Source: Candidatus Latescibacterota bacterium (GTDB lineage: Bacteria; Latescibacterota; UBA2968; UBA8231). From it: a stretch of 64,000 bases of DNA. The notes beneath the pieces were generated by a model. That model made no database searches and was not told the DNA's origin. It saw only the letters and a list, made by a program, of their open reading frames with translations. The translations under genes were made by a program, and so were the position numbers. Location of the stretch: contig OZ241362.1 in NCBI GenBank assembly GCA_965200315.1, forward strand, positions 672,001 through 736,000. The letters run 5' to 3'. Positions 52,977 through 62,900 of the stretch are shown in pieces. How positions within the stretch are numbered: position 1 is the stretch's first letter; each line of letters starts with the position of its first letter.

Positions 52977-54662
52977 TCACAAGCTCTTCTCAATCATCGC
53001 CACAATATCGTATGTATCTCTCATCCCAAACCTAAAACGCTCTACGATTAGCCCTTGTGAGTCCACCAAGTAATACAAAGGTATGCCATCTATTTGGTAG
53101 GATTTGGCCACATCCGAAGCAAAGGTGTCCGTACGCACGTGGACGCCTTTGATCTCATGTTTATCAATCGCCTCTCGCCAAGCCTCCTCATCCTCATCTA
53201 GCGACACATTGACGAAGACGACCGGCCAGTCGGCTGTTTTTTCCTTGATTTCGCGGAGCTTAGGCAGATCGCTGATACACGGCTCGCACCAACTGGCCCA
53301 GAAGTCGAGCAAAACTACCTCGCCCTTGAACTGGCTCAGCGATACGGGCTGACCACTGAGGTCGTGCAGAGTGAATTCGGGCGCGGGTTGCCCAAGTTGC
53401 AGCCCGGGTTGCGGCTTCAGGGCGTTATCCAGAGCCGCTTGGACGGCCTCCGTGTATTCTGGATGCGGGTTGATCTGCTGGAAATCCTCCCATCTGCGAT
53501 GAGCCAACGCAAAGGCTTCGCTGCCTTTCTCAAACCCATCGATCAGCACTCCGGCCAAAAACCAATAGAGCACTCTCCCTTCCAGTTTTTCCTTGGCCAA
53601 GTCGTACCTATTCAGAAAATCCCACATTATGCGGCGTCTTTTGTGTTTATATATCGAGTCGAGTTGGGCCTCGGCGACTTCCGATAGGCCCAGACCTGAT
53701 AGATCGATCTTCTCGGACAACCTGAGCGGTTCGCGGTGTTCGTAGAGAGAATCGAGTTGGGCCTGATTCGCTTGGTACATGGAGTCGAGTTGAGCCTCGG
53801 TCTCCTCTGACAACCCCAAACCGGATAGGTCGTACAGGTCGTACAGTCTGGATGGCCTAGCCCCTTTGATTAACTCCCAGTCCAGAATACTCACCAGAAA
53901 GGTGTGATAAGTGTCCACGCCTATGGCCTTTTCGTCCACCAAGGAAATCTCCTGTAGGAAGTCGTAGTACTCCGAGGTGACGTCTTCGTTCTTATGGTCG
54001 TTGGCAAACCAGTAATACATCGGATAGGAAATCATCCTACTGGCCCACCCGTAATTGAAGTAGGCTGTCGCGTAGTCGATAAAACTCGGCGAGAGCGCGT
54101 ATTCCTCGCGTCTCTCGGTCAGAAATTCAAACTGATTCTGCCGCCGCTGGTCTATCTGGCGCTTGAAATCTTCCACCTCCAGATCTTCGTAGTCGAGGCG
54201 GAAGGAGTAGTATCGCGGGAACCACTCGGCAATGAAGCGACTGTCATCCGCGTTGGGGCCGCTGAACGAGTAAGAAGGACCGAAAAATCCCTCTTCCACG
54301 GCCACGTGCAGACTGTCGCCGGGTTCGACGAAGAAGATCAAGAGACTGCGATCGAAGAGAAAAGCTCCTAACCACTGCACCCATTTCGATCGCGGTTGCC
54401 CGCCTGCGTAAGCCCCCCCGACGAGGGTCCCGCGGACGACAGGTATCTCGCAGGCGAAGCGGCCCTCGCTGTCGAGCGCGACGCGCTGATTGGAGTTCCC
54501 CAGCGCCGACGGCGATTCGTAGCCAAACGTAATTTCCCGCGCAGTCGGGTCCCGGACTTCGCCGGTGATGATCGCAACTTGTGTTTGGCCCTGAGTGCTG
54601 GCCAGACAAGCGCTCGACGCCATGAGCATGGCAATGAGAAGACTACCGTATGTGTTCGTCAT
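52977..54662 (-). CDS. Secreted TlpA/redoxin-family thiol-disulfide oxidoreductase
   Basis: Signal peptide; C-terminal APEFTL...LDFWASWCEPC...GIP. Confidence 0.85.
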   Translation of the reverse strand: MTNTYGSLLIAMLMASSACLASTQGQTQVAIITGEVRDPTAREITFGYESPSALGNSNQRVALDSEGRFACEIPVVRGTLVGGAYAGGQPRSKWVQWLGAFLFDRSLLIFFVEPGDSLHVAVEEGFFGPSYSFSGPNADDSRFIAEWFPRYYSFRLDYEDLEVEDFKRQIDQRRQNQFEFLTERREEYALSPSFIDYATAYFNYGWASRMISYPMYYWFANDHKNEDVTSEYYDFLQEISLVDEKAIGVDTYHTFLVSILDWELIKGARPSRLYDLYDLSGLGLSEETEAQLDSMYQANQAQLDSLYEHREPLRLSEKIDLSGLGLSEVAEAQLDSIYKHKRRRIMWDFLNRYDLAKEKLEGRVLYWFLAGVLIDGFEKGSEAFALAHRRWEDFQQINPHPEYTEAVQAALDNALKPQPGLQLGQPAPEFTLHDLSGQPVSLSQFKGEVVLLDFWASWCEPCISDLPKLREIKEKTADWPVVFVNVSLDEDEEAWREAIDKHEIKGVHVRTDTFASDVAKSYQIDGIPLYYLVDSQGLIVERFRFGMRDTYDIVAMIEKSL

Positions 54663-54680
54663 GAACCTTGCTCCAGTCAG

Positions 54681-55481
54681 CTAGCCGTACGCGCCGTGAT
54701 CGAGGAAGCCGAGCAACCGTTTCAAGCGGGGATTTGCATTTTCGTACACCTGCGGCGGCATCTGATAGTTCATAAACGGGTAATACTTGTGCCCGACGAT
54801 CCGGCGCGCATAGGTCACTTGAGTGATGTACCGCGTGCGGTCGCTGCGGTTCGGCCCCCCGCGATGCCACACCTGATTGTTGAACATGACGACGCTCCCG
54901 GCCGGCGCGCTGTTGTGAACGATTTGCTCTTCCCACTCGGAGCCCGCGATTTCGACCGGCGATTTGCCGAGCAGGTGCGTTTTCGGAATCACTTCCGTCC
55001 CGCCATGCGCCGGCGTATCCACATCGGTCAGATAGTAGTTGGCCGTGAAGAACAGCACCGGCAGATGGACGTTCGGCGGCGGCTTGCCGTCTGTGACGAC
55101 GTAGTGCGGAGCGTCGTCCTGATGCCACGTCGAGAGGCCCCCGCCCGGAAGCGTCTGGAACGAGTTGTTGTGAATCACGTGGCAATTCGGTGCCACCAAC
55201 GCCTCGGCGAAGCTCACAATCGGCTCGAGATCGAACAGGCGCAGGTTGGCTTCGCTCGTCTCGAACAGCCGATGCGCGAGCTTCGTGCGCTCGCCGATGT
55301 TGTTCAGTCCATTCGGATTGTCTGCCAGCGCCCGGTCCAAATCGGCCCGCAATTGCGCACACCAGTCCGGCGGCAGGACGTTTTTAACGAGCAGATACCC
55401 ATCGCGATGAAACCGCTCAGTCCACTCGGCGATTTGTTCGGCGGATTGTTGGCCCCCAGCGAGGGGCGATTTGTTCGGCAT
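54681..55481 (-). CDS. PhyH family dioxygenase
   Basis: FHRDGY, WHQD, GGTEVIPKTH, VWHRGGPN. Confidence 0.88.
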   Translation of the reverse strand: MPNKSPLAGGQQSAEQIAEWTERFHRDGYLLVKNVLPPDWCAQLRADLDRALADNPNGLNNIGERTKLAHRLFETSEANLRLFDLEPIVSFAEALVAPNCHVIHNNSFQTLPGGGLSTWHQDDAPHYVVTDGKPPPNVHLPVLFFTANYYLTDVDTPAHGGTEVIPKTHLLGKSPVEIAGSEWEEQIVHNSAPAGSVVMFNNQVWHRGGPNRSDRTRYITQVTYARRIVGHKYYPFMNYQMPPQVYENANPRLKRLLGFLDHGAYG

Positions 55482-55611
55482 TTTTGGCAATCCCATATTT
55501 TGTGTGAAGACCAGCGAAGGGGCGATTGGCGCGCCGCAAGGCCGATGCCTTTCTTTTTTTAACATATAGCCAAAATCTGGTGTGGTAGCCACCTAACCCA
55601 TAGGAGACGCC

Positions 55612-56559
55612 ATGTACATCCAAGACCAACTCCCCCACGACCGCATTACCGACGACAACCTGAGCTACTACAAAGCCATTGGCGTCGATTACCTGACCGT
55701 CAACTCCCTCCCCCTCAACCTGCGGGCCTACCCCGAGATGGTCGAGTACCTGAGAGGAGTCCGCGCCTGCGCCGAAAAAAACGGCCTCCGCTTGTACAAC
55801 GCCGCCTTGACCGGCCCGGACGAAATCACCCTCGCGCAACCAGCTCGCGACGCCAAGATCGCGGAGTGGTGCAAGTGGATCCGGGCCCTGGGCACCGTCG
55901 GCGTCCCGACCCTTGGCTACAATTTCAAACCCGTGGGCAACTTCCGCACCCCCTCGGACACCGGCCGCGGCGGCGTCCATTACAGCACCTTCACCTATTC
56001 AGAATACGAAAAAGAGAACCACGACTATCCAGCAAAGCACATCGACGAGGACGCGATGTGGGCCAATATCACCTACTTCCACCAGCGCATCGTCCCGGTC
56101 GCCGAAGAATCCGGCGTTACTTTGGCCCTACACCCAGACGATCCCCCCCTACCCGAGCCGATGGGCGGCGCGGCGCGGATCGTGTCCACCCTAGACCAAT
56201 ACGAGCGCATCTTCGCCCTCCACCCCAGCCCCCAAAACGCCATGCTGTTTTGCCAAGGCTGCGTCACCGAAATGGGGATTGACGTGTACGAGGCCATTCG
56301 CCGCATGGGCCGCCAAGGCAAAATCGCCTACGTCCACTTTCGCAACGTGCGCGGTACGCCCAAGGACTTTAGGGAGGTTTTCGTCGACGAGGGCGACGTT
56401 GACATGTTCCGGGCGATGCAGACCTACAAGGAGGTGGGCTTTAACGGGCCATTTATGATGGATCACACCCCGTCCATCCCCAGCGACGCAGGCGGGCGTC
56501 AAGGCCACGCGTACGCCACCGGCTTCATCCGCGCCATGATCCAAGCCGTCTATCGCTGA
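55612..56559 (+). CDS. uxuA: Mannonate dehydratase (UxuA family) paralog
   Basis: LALHPDDPP, FCQG, YVHFRNV, DEGDVDM, DH. Confidence 0.78.
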   Translation: MYIQDQLPHDRITDDNLSYYKAIGVDYLTVNSLPLNLRAYPEMVEYLRGVRACAEKNGLRLYNAALTGPDEITLAQPARDAKIAEWCKWIRALGTVGVPTLGYNFKPVGNFRTPSDTGRGGVHYSTFTYSEYEKENHDYPAKHIDEDAMWANITYFHQRIVPVAEESGVTLALHPDDPPLPEPMGGAARIVSTLDQYERIFALHPSPQNAMLFCQGCVTEMGIDVYEAIRRMGRQGKIAYVHFRNVRGTPKDFREVFVDEGDVDMFRAMQTYKEVGFNGPFMMDHTPSIPSDAGGRQGHAYATGFIRAMIQAVYR

Positions 56560-56711
56560 TCCTCGCCAAGCGCGATTTGCCGCCGCAATGTTTACGGGGT
56601 GCTAGGGGGCTCGTTGAGCAGGGCCAGCATCCGGGAGATAAAGCGATGGACTACGGGGCGTTCCTGTTCAACATGCCCGCAACATAGACGGCGTGTACAG
56701 GCACGGCAATC

Positions 56712-57881
56712 TCAGCCCGCGGCCGCCCGAATCGCTTCGGCCATCTTCCGCAGTTTGACCTTAGTATTGTTCGGGTGCATGGGCACCAAGACGGCTCGCG
56801 CCAAGACGTCGAGCGAGTCTTGGCACGTATTTAGCTTGTATTTGACCCGCGCCTTGCGGTTGGCCGGTAGCTTAAAGGGGTTGAGCGCCGGATGGTGCGC
56901 ACCTTGGTAGCGCAAAATAGGCTCCCAGCGCGTATAGACGTGGCGGCCGGTATCCATCGGCAAAAAGGAGGACGCGCCTTGGGCGGCCAGTCGGTTGCAA
57001 AAGGAACGCGCCTCGTCCTCAGTGGCAAACAAAAAGCCTAGGTGCGTACCGCACTCGTAGTCCAAGCTGTTGTTTTTTATTGACTTCAATCCCGCATCCA
57101 GCCCGACCTGAAGCAGCTCCTGCTTGTGGGCGCGCATGGTCTTGAGCATCCCTCGGATTCGCCGCAATTGCACGTTGAGTATCGCCCCTTCGACTTCTGA
57201 GGCCCTGAAGTTGGGGCCAGCAAATTGTAGCTCTTCGCGCTCTTCGTCGGGATTCCAGTAAAAGGAGCAGCAGTCCACCGCCACCGAGCCGCGCTGATGC
57301 ACCGCCTCGGAATTGGCGACAAAAGCCCCGCCCTCGCCGCAGGTCATGTTCTTGAAGAAGTTGAAACTAAACGCGCCGGCGTGGCCCCAACTGCCCAGCA
57401 TCCGGCCCTCGTAGCCCCCGCCCACCGCCTGACAGGCGTCTTCGAGCACGAGTAAGCCGCGTTTGCGGGCGATCTTGGTAATTCGCTTCATATCGCAGGG
57501 CAGGCCAACCATGTGGACCGGAATAATTGCCCTAGTGTGCTTGGTGATTCGCCGCTTTAAATCCTTGGGGCACAGCGTTAAAGACTCATCGACATCGGCG
57601 ATTACCGGAATGGCTCCGGCCCCTAATACCGCTAGGGCGGTCGCCATGTAGGTATAGGCCGGCACAATCACCTGATCCCCCGGCCCCACACCCAATCCCA
57701 CCAGTGCCGCGTACAGGGCCGAGGTCCCCGAGCGAGTCATCCGACAGTGCTCCACGCCCACGTAGCGCGCCCAATTCCGCTCAAAGCGGTCGCACTCCCC
57801 ACCCGATCCATAGCGGAAGATCGCGCCGCTGTCGAATAGCTGCTGTAGTTGCTTGATTTCTGCTTGGCCAATGCGATACAT
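56712..57881 (-). CDS. DegT/DnrJ/EryC1/StrS PLP aminotransferase
   Basis: SGTSAL, PAYTYMAT, EDACQA, FSFNFFKNMTCGEGG. Confidence 0.92.
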   Translation of the reverse strand: MYRIGQAEIKQLQQLFDSGAIFRYGSGGECDRFERNWARYVGVEHCRMTRSGTSALYAALVGLGVGPGDQVIVPAYTYMATALAVLGAGAIPVIADVDESLTLCPKDLKRRITKHTRAIIPVHMVGLPCDMKRITKIARKRGLLVLEDACQAVGGGYEGRMLGSWGHAGAFSFNFFKNMTCGEGGAFVANSEAVHQRGSVAVDCCSFYWNPDEEREELQFAGPNFRASEVEGAILNVQLRRIRGMLKTMRAHKQELLQVGLDAGLKSIKNNSLDYECGTHLGFLFATEDEARSFCNRLAAQGASSFLPMDTGRHVYTRWEPILRYQGAHHPALNPFKLPANRKARVKYKLNTCQDSLDVLARAVLVPMHPNNTKVKLRKMAEAIRAAAG

Positions 57882-57892
57882 GATAGGCTCCT

Positions 57893-59614
57893 TTACACGA
57901 GTTCCAGCTCGACCCAGCGCCGAACTGAATTGATGAGATAGAGGGCGTCGGCCCGCGCCAATTCGCCGCTGGGCAGCGGGCGTTCGCAAAGTTGGCCCTG
58001 TGCCAGCAGCTCGGCGCGGAAGGTGCCAGCCAACAGCCCGGATTCGACCGGAGGCGTGTAGCGGACGCCGTCGCGGGCCAGCACCAAGTTGCCGATGCAG
58101 CACTCGGTCAGCTCGCCGCGCTCGTTGTACAGCACCACATCGTCGCAATCCGAACGGGCCGCCAACTGCCGGTCGTACATGGCCCGTTGAGTCGTCTTGT
58201 GGTATAGCAAGGGATCGGTGCTATCTACCGGCTCGGCGGCAAGAGCCACTCGCAGCCGTCGTGGCGGTGCGAGCGTTTGGTGCTGCACACGGACCTCGCC
58301 GTTGCGAGCTAGCAGCAAGCGCACCCGGCACCGGCCCTCCATAGCCTTGGCCGCGTCTTGCAACTGCGTCCGCACGCGGTCGTCCGCATAGCAAAACCCC
58401 CAGTACGCTGCCGACTGAAACAATCGCTCTAAATGTCTCTCTAACAAGAAATAACCCCCCTCTTCGTACAGCAGCGTCTCCAACAGCTCAAAAGGCGGGT
58501 GCGGCCGGGCGCGCACAACCTCGGCCTTGATGAGGCATTCGGCGTATTCCTCCGCAGCCGACGATTCCCAGACGATCCCGCCGCCCACGCCAAATTCGAG
58601 CTGTGCGCTCTCCCGGTCGAGATGCGCCGTGCGAATCGCCACGTTGAAGCACACCTCCGGCCCCGGCGACACATAGCCCATGCAGCCGGTGTAAATGCCG
58701 CGCGGGGCGCGCTCCAGTTCGGCGATGATCTCCATGGTCCGCACCTTGGGCGCACCGGTCACCGAGCCGCAGGGAAAGAGCGCGGCAAAGATGTCGGGTA
58801 AGCTCACGCCGGCTTGGAGTTGGCTTTCCACAGTAGAAGTTAGCTGCCACACCGTGGGATAGCGCTCGACCGACCACAGGGCCGGCACCGCCACGCTACC
58901 GACTTGCGAGATGCGCCCTAAATCGTTGCGCAACATGTCTGTAACCATCAAGTTCTCAGCGCGGTCCTTAGCGGAATGTTGCAGATCGTCGGCCCGCTGC
59001 TGATCCTCGGCTGCAAAGCGACCCCGCGGCCGGGTTCCCTTCATAGGCCGCACCGTGCAACGCCCGTCTTGCAGGCGGAAGAACAGCTCGGGGGACGCCG
59101 AGATCAACACGTGCCGGCCCAAGTCGAAATACGCGCACAACGCAGACTCCTGCACCTGCCCCAGATCGCGGTACAGCGCCAGCGGATCGCCGCGGAAGCG
59201 GCTGTGCAAGCGCATTGTGTAGTTGACTTGGTACGTGTCGCCGGCTGCAATGTAGGCGCGGATGCGCTCAATGGCGGCCTCGTATTCCTCCCGCGACACC
59301 GACGGCCGCCACTCGTCCAACTCATAGGTGCTCAAGCCAGCGCTAGGCACCGCCACCGGCGTCCGCTCTGCAAAGAGGCCGAAGTAAACCAATGGAAGCG
59401 CTCCTGCGGGACGGGTGGTAAAGACAGGGTCCAAACCGGCCGCGGCCTCGTAGCAGACAAAGCCCGCGGCGTGCAGCCCTTGCTCCACCGCCCGCTCCAC
59501 CGCGCTGAGGGCCGGGCGTACCTCGTCCGCGGCTGCGGCTACCACCTCGCCCACCGGATGGGCAAACTCAAAGGAGCGCTCCTCGCCGCAACGGGCATAA
59601 GACGACAGCAGCAC
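57893..59614 (-). CDS. pabB: Aminodeoxychorismate synthase component I fused to ADC lyase-like domain
   Basis: GDTYQVN, SPELFF, PMKGT, ENLMVTDMLRNDLG, FPCGSVTGAPK, C-terminal HKTT...GLLAGTFR; start codon uncertain. Confidence 0.88.
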   Translation of the reverse strand: MLLSSYARCGEERSFEFAHPVGEVVAAAADEVRPALSAVERAVEQGLHAAGFVCYEAAAGLDPVFTTRPAGALPLVYFGLFAERTPVAVPSAGLSTYELDEWRPSVSREEYEAAIERIRAYIAAGDTYQVNYTMRLHSRFRGDPLALYRDLGQVQESALCAYFDLGRHVLISASPELFFRLQDGRCTVRPMKGTRPRGRFAAEDQQRADDLQHSAKDRAENLMVTDMLRNDLGRISQVGSVAVPALWSVERYPTVWQLTSTVESQLQAGVSLPDIFAALFPCGSVTGAPKVRTMEIIAELERAPRGIYTGCMGYVSPGPEVCFNVAIRTAHLDRESAQLEFGVGGGIVWESSAAEEYAECLIKAEVVRARPHPPFELLETLLYEEGGYFLLERHLERLFQSAAYWGFCYADDRVRTQLQDAAKAMEGRCRVRLLLARNGEVRVQHQTLAPPRRLRVALAAEPVDSTDPLLYHKTTQRAMYDRQLAARSDCDDVVLYNERGELTECCIGNLVLARDGVRYTPPVESGLLAGTFRAELLAQGQLCERPLPSGELARADALYLINSVRRWVELELV

Positions 59615-59660
59615 TGGATTGTCACAAAAGAAAGAGGAGGATCGCTCGAATCCCCGGCAT

Positions 59661-60470
59661 CTAGCCTGCCGCCTCGCCGGGCTGGTACTCAATGCGCCGC
59701 ATGAAGCGCTCGCCCACATCGTAGTTTGGCTGGTCGGAGACAAAGCGCCACAAGCGCACGCGCTGCATCAGTTCATAGCGATGCTCGTTGCCCTCCCAGC
59801 CGTGGTTGGCCGACAGGAGCCGACCGATCTCAGGGTCGTCTAGATCCGCAGTGTCAAAGTTGCAGACCTGCGGCCGCGTCGGGTTGAGCCGCAACTTGTA
59901 CATGAAGCGATCCCGATCCGTGTAGTTGCTGCGCGCCCCGTGCCAGACGCGAGTGTTCCACACGTACATGGTCCCCGCCGGGCAGGTCGCCCAGATCTTG
60001 CCGCGCATGTGGTGGTAAATGGCGATCTCCCCGGTGCGCACATTGCGGAATTGCGTTCCCGGCACCAAGAAAGTACCGCCCATCTCGTCTGTTGTATCCG
60101 CGGGGAACAGCGAGAGCTGGATATCGAAGTAATGCTCGCGGAAGTCGATGACTGAGTCTTGGTGCATATTGGGGCCCTTGGTTTGTTCGGCCTTGGTCAA
60201 GTGCGCGGCGTGGTGGTCGTACAGGGGATCGGGCCCGACCAAGGAGTGGATGAGTCCCTGCACCTGCGGCAGGCGGAACGCATCGCCCAAAGCCGTGCCT
60301 TTGGGCCAAGTCTCCTCAAAGGGGGTCCCCACGGCGAGATAGCCCCGGTTGTGGTGCATTTCCTCAAGGCAAGCTCGGCACAAATCTTTGGGCACCATTT
60401 CTTCAAACTTCAAATACCCCGAGGCGACAAATTGCGCCATCTGCTTCGAGTTCAAAAGATGCTCTTTCAC
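59661..60470 (-). CDS. PhyH family dioxygenase
   Basis: FVASGY, MHQD, GGTFLVPGT, VWHG. Confidence 0.82.
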   Translation of the reverse strand: MKEHLLNSKQMAQFVASGYLKFEEMVPKDLCRACLEEMHHNRGYLAVGTPFEETWPKGTALGDAFRLPQVQGLIHSLVGPDPLYDHHAAHLTKAEQTKGPNMHQDSVIDFREHYFDIQLSLFPADTTDEMGGTFLVPGTQFRNVRTGEIAIYHHMRGKIWATCPAGTMYVWNTRVWHGARSNYTDRDRFMYKLRLNPTRPQVCNFDTADLDDPEIGRLLSANHGWEGNEHRYELMQRVRLWRFVSDQPNYDVGERFMRRIEYQPGEAAG

Positions 60471-60765
60471 GATGTGGCTCCTTCCTCTTTTTGCAGCTCG
60501 TTGAATTTCGACAGCACTACCTGGTAGGGCAGTGGCCCCAGCTCATAGCCCTCTTGGGGCAAGCGATGTTTGAGTCCGACATCTGGATGACTTGCCAGCC
60601 GTCGCGCATGGCCGCCATGGCGTTGTGGTAGGGAGGATCGCTCTCCTCGACCAAGTCGCCTAGGCCCGTGCCCTTGGAGGCTTCGTAGCTTGCCCAAGCT
60701 ACTACTTGGGCGTCGAGCGCGGGCGTGGTCTGAAAAAATACTAGGATATCTTGCACTGCGGACAT
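60467..60765 (-). pseudogene. Small hypothetical protein with 1-nt frameshift near 60574
   Basis: MSAVQDILVF...PPYHNAMAAMRDGWQVIQMSD continues as LKHRLPQEGYELGPLPYQVVLSK in another frame, whose stop overlaps the PhyH start. Confidence 0.55.
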
Positions 60766-60916
60766 GAAAAAGCCTTCCGGTGAGATTGGGTCAAATTTGT
60801 CGATCGGTATTCCATTTAAAATATAGAAGCAACAAATTCGCTGGTACGCAATTTGCATAGAACCGAGAGAAGCTATTTAATACCCCAACATCCTTTCTTC
60901 TATGAGGAGATTCACA

Positions 60917-61861
60917 ATGAAAAAGCTACTCTTATCGTCGGCACTCACCGCCATTTCTTGGGTGCTTTTCACCACAGGAACCGCCCAAGCCGACACCGCT
61001 CATCAGTCCTTTGCCGTAGAGCCGGGCGACCGCCTCATAGTAGCCACCGAATGGAGTGCTATTGAGGTCCATACTTGGGATCGCCCCGAGGTGGAACTGG
61101 TCGTGGAACGAGCCGATAAACTCGATCTATCATACGACCAAGAGGCGGGGACCACGACCATCCGGGGCCGCAAAAAAGATGCCGGCCTGTTCGGCTTCTT
61201 CGGCCTTGCGAAGGGCCGCGTCCCCCTGTTCCGCCTCACGGTGCCGCATCGGCACGATTTGGAACTGAGCACCTCCGGCGGTCGCATTGAGGTAGATGAT
61301 CTTCAGGGCCGCGTCTCGGCCCGGACTTCGGGCGGCAGTCTGAGCTTTGGCCACATCGAAGGACCGATCGAGGGCAAAACTTCGGGTGGGTCCATCTCTC
61401 TAAAAGGCTGCTCCGGTACGGCGTCGGTGTCCACTTCGGGAGGCTCCATCCAAATTGGAGAGGTGGACGGGGAGGTGCAAGCCAAGACCTCGGGCGGCTC
61501 TATCCACATCAGCCGGGCCCAAGGCGCGGTGCAGGCCAAGACCTCGGGCGGCTCTATCAAAGTGGACGAAGTGCTGGGGCCTATCGAGGCTCAGACGTCG
61601 GGTGGCTCTATTCGCGCCCAACTCTCGCAGCAGCCTCACGGTCCCTGCCACCTCAAGACTTCGGGCGGCAATGTAGAGGTCTCCCTCGCTGCGGATATCG
61701 GTTTGCAGGTGGACGCCCGCACGTCGGGTGGGCGCGTCTCCACCGACTTCCCGGTAGTAGGCACGCTGGATAAAAACAGCCTCAAGGCCGCGATCAACGG
61801 CGGCGGTCCCCTCATGACCCTGCGCACCTCGGGCGGGTCCATCCACCTGCTCAAACTGTAA
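60917..61861 (+). CDS. DUF4097 family beta-strand repeat (putative adhesin) protein
   Basis: Signal peptide and about 10 TSGG repeats. Confidence 0.85.
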   Translation: MKKLLLSSALTAISWVLFTTGTAQADTAHQSFAVEPGDRLIVATEWSAIEVHTWDRPEVELVVERADKLDLSYDQEAGTTTIRGRKKDAGLFGFFGLAKGRVPLFRLTVPHRHDLELSTSGGRIEVDDLQGRVSARTSGGSLSFGHIEGPIEGKTSGGSISLKGCSGTASVSTSGGSIQIGEVDGEVQAKTSGGSIHISRAQGAVQAKTSGGSIKVDEVLGPIEAQTSGGSIRAQLSQQPHGPCHLKTSGGNVEVSLAADIGLQVDARTSGGRVSTDFPVVGTLDKNSLKAAINGGGPLMTLRTSGGSIHLLKL

Positions 61862-61898
61862 CTCAGCACCGCACAGCACCGCCCCGCCTTTTGGTTGG

Positions 61899-61924
61899 AG
61901 GGGTTCGTCGTTGAACCCCTTTTT
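61899..61924 (+). terminator. Rho-independent terminator
   Basis: AGGGGTTC-GTCGTT-GAACCCCT stem followed by TTTT. Confidence 0.65.
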
Positions 61925-61975
61925 GCGTTTTTAGCAGTCTTAGTCAACCGCGTAAAGAAGCTCCCACTCTTCGCG

Positions 61976-62800
61976 CTATTCTGCGGTCGATTCATCTCGA
62001 CCCATTTCGGGGCCAAAATTCTCCTCTTCTGTTGCGACCAGTACGCGGATGCGGGCGATGATCGCCGCGACGGTCTCAGGCACGGCTGCGAGCAGCGCAA
62101 AGCGGTCGTCCATGACCACCTCGGCACCGGCGTAGCGGTAGCGCACCGCATACTCGGTCAGCCACGCCAGCCGCTCGCCCGCCGAGGTATTGTTTTCGGT
62201 CGGATGCTGGCGCACGATTGTGATTAGCTTCGTCAGATCGTGGGTGTTGCGGTAGTCGGCGTCGAGCGCGGAAATCCAGCCCTTGAGCGTATTCTCAAGT
62301 GCCTGCTGCGCGTGAAAGCCAATGGCTTCCTGAGCAGCATTGGCCTCGCCCAGAATTTTCACAACGCCGAGTTCACGCTCGGCATTGGCCATGCGCGGCC
62401 GTATGTCGGGCCAGTTGGTCGGCTGTGGGTTGTCGTAAGTCACTTTGTCTCCATTGGCGTCAAAGCCATCGCGGACGGCTTGGCCAGCCACGTGGTTGCG
62501 CGCCCGCCGGCCGTTGTGGAAGACCCCTTCGCTCATGCGCACTAAATCGCCCCCTATCGAGCCGCCGTATAATTCCTCGACTTTGCGGTAGGCTGCTGCG
62601 CGGGTGCGTTGGTGGATCTGCTGATCCACCAGATCGGGGCTGGTGATGATGAGCAGGTCAATATCCGAATCTGGGCTGAAGTCGCCCCGGGCGCGCGAAC
62701 CGAACAGGATGACCCGGTCGGGGGCGACCACCTCGCCGACGGCGTGGGCGACGGCGCAGGCTTTCGGGTCGGGAGGCCGACGAGTTGGGGACTTTGGCAT
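61976..62800 (-). CDS. Fused MNT nucleotidyltransferase-HEPN protein
   Basis: LFGSRARGDF..DSDIDLL; HEPN FHAQQALE..LKG, THDL, YAVRYRY. Confidence 0.85.
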   Translation of the reverse strand: MPKSPTRRPPDPKACAVAHAVGEVVAPDRVILFGSRARGDFSPDSDIDLLIITSPDLVDQQIHQRTRAAAYRKVEELYGGSIGGDLVRMSEGVFHNGRRARNHVAGQAVRDGFDANGDKVTYDNPQPTNWPDIRPRMANAERELGVVKILGEANAAQEAIGFHAQQALENTLKGWISALDADYRNTHDLTKLITIVRQHPTENNTSAGERLAWLTEYAVRYRYAGAEVVMDDRFALLAAVPETVAAIIARIRVLVATEEENFGPEMGRDESTAE

Positions 62801-62900
62801 GGTCAACTTTCAGTTGTACCGCAACACTCACGTCAATTCTAAAAATTTTTGTCCATAGTGAAATATAGATAGGATAAATTCGGACTTTTTTGCTAGCATC

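Noticed and set aside
61270-61850. Repeated ACxTCGGGxGG nucleotide motif
   Set aside because: Explained by the TSGG protein repeats of DUF4097
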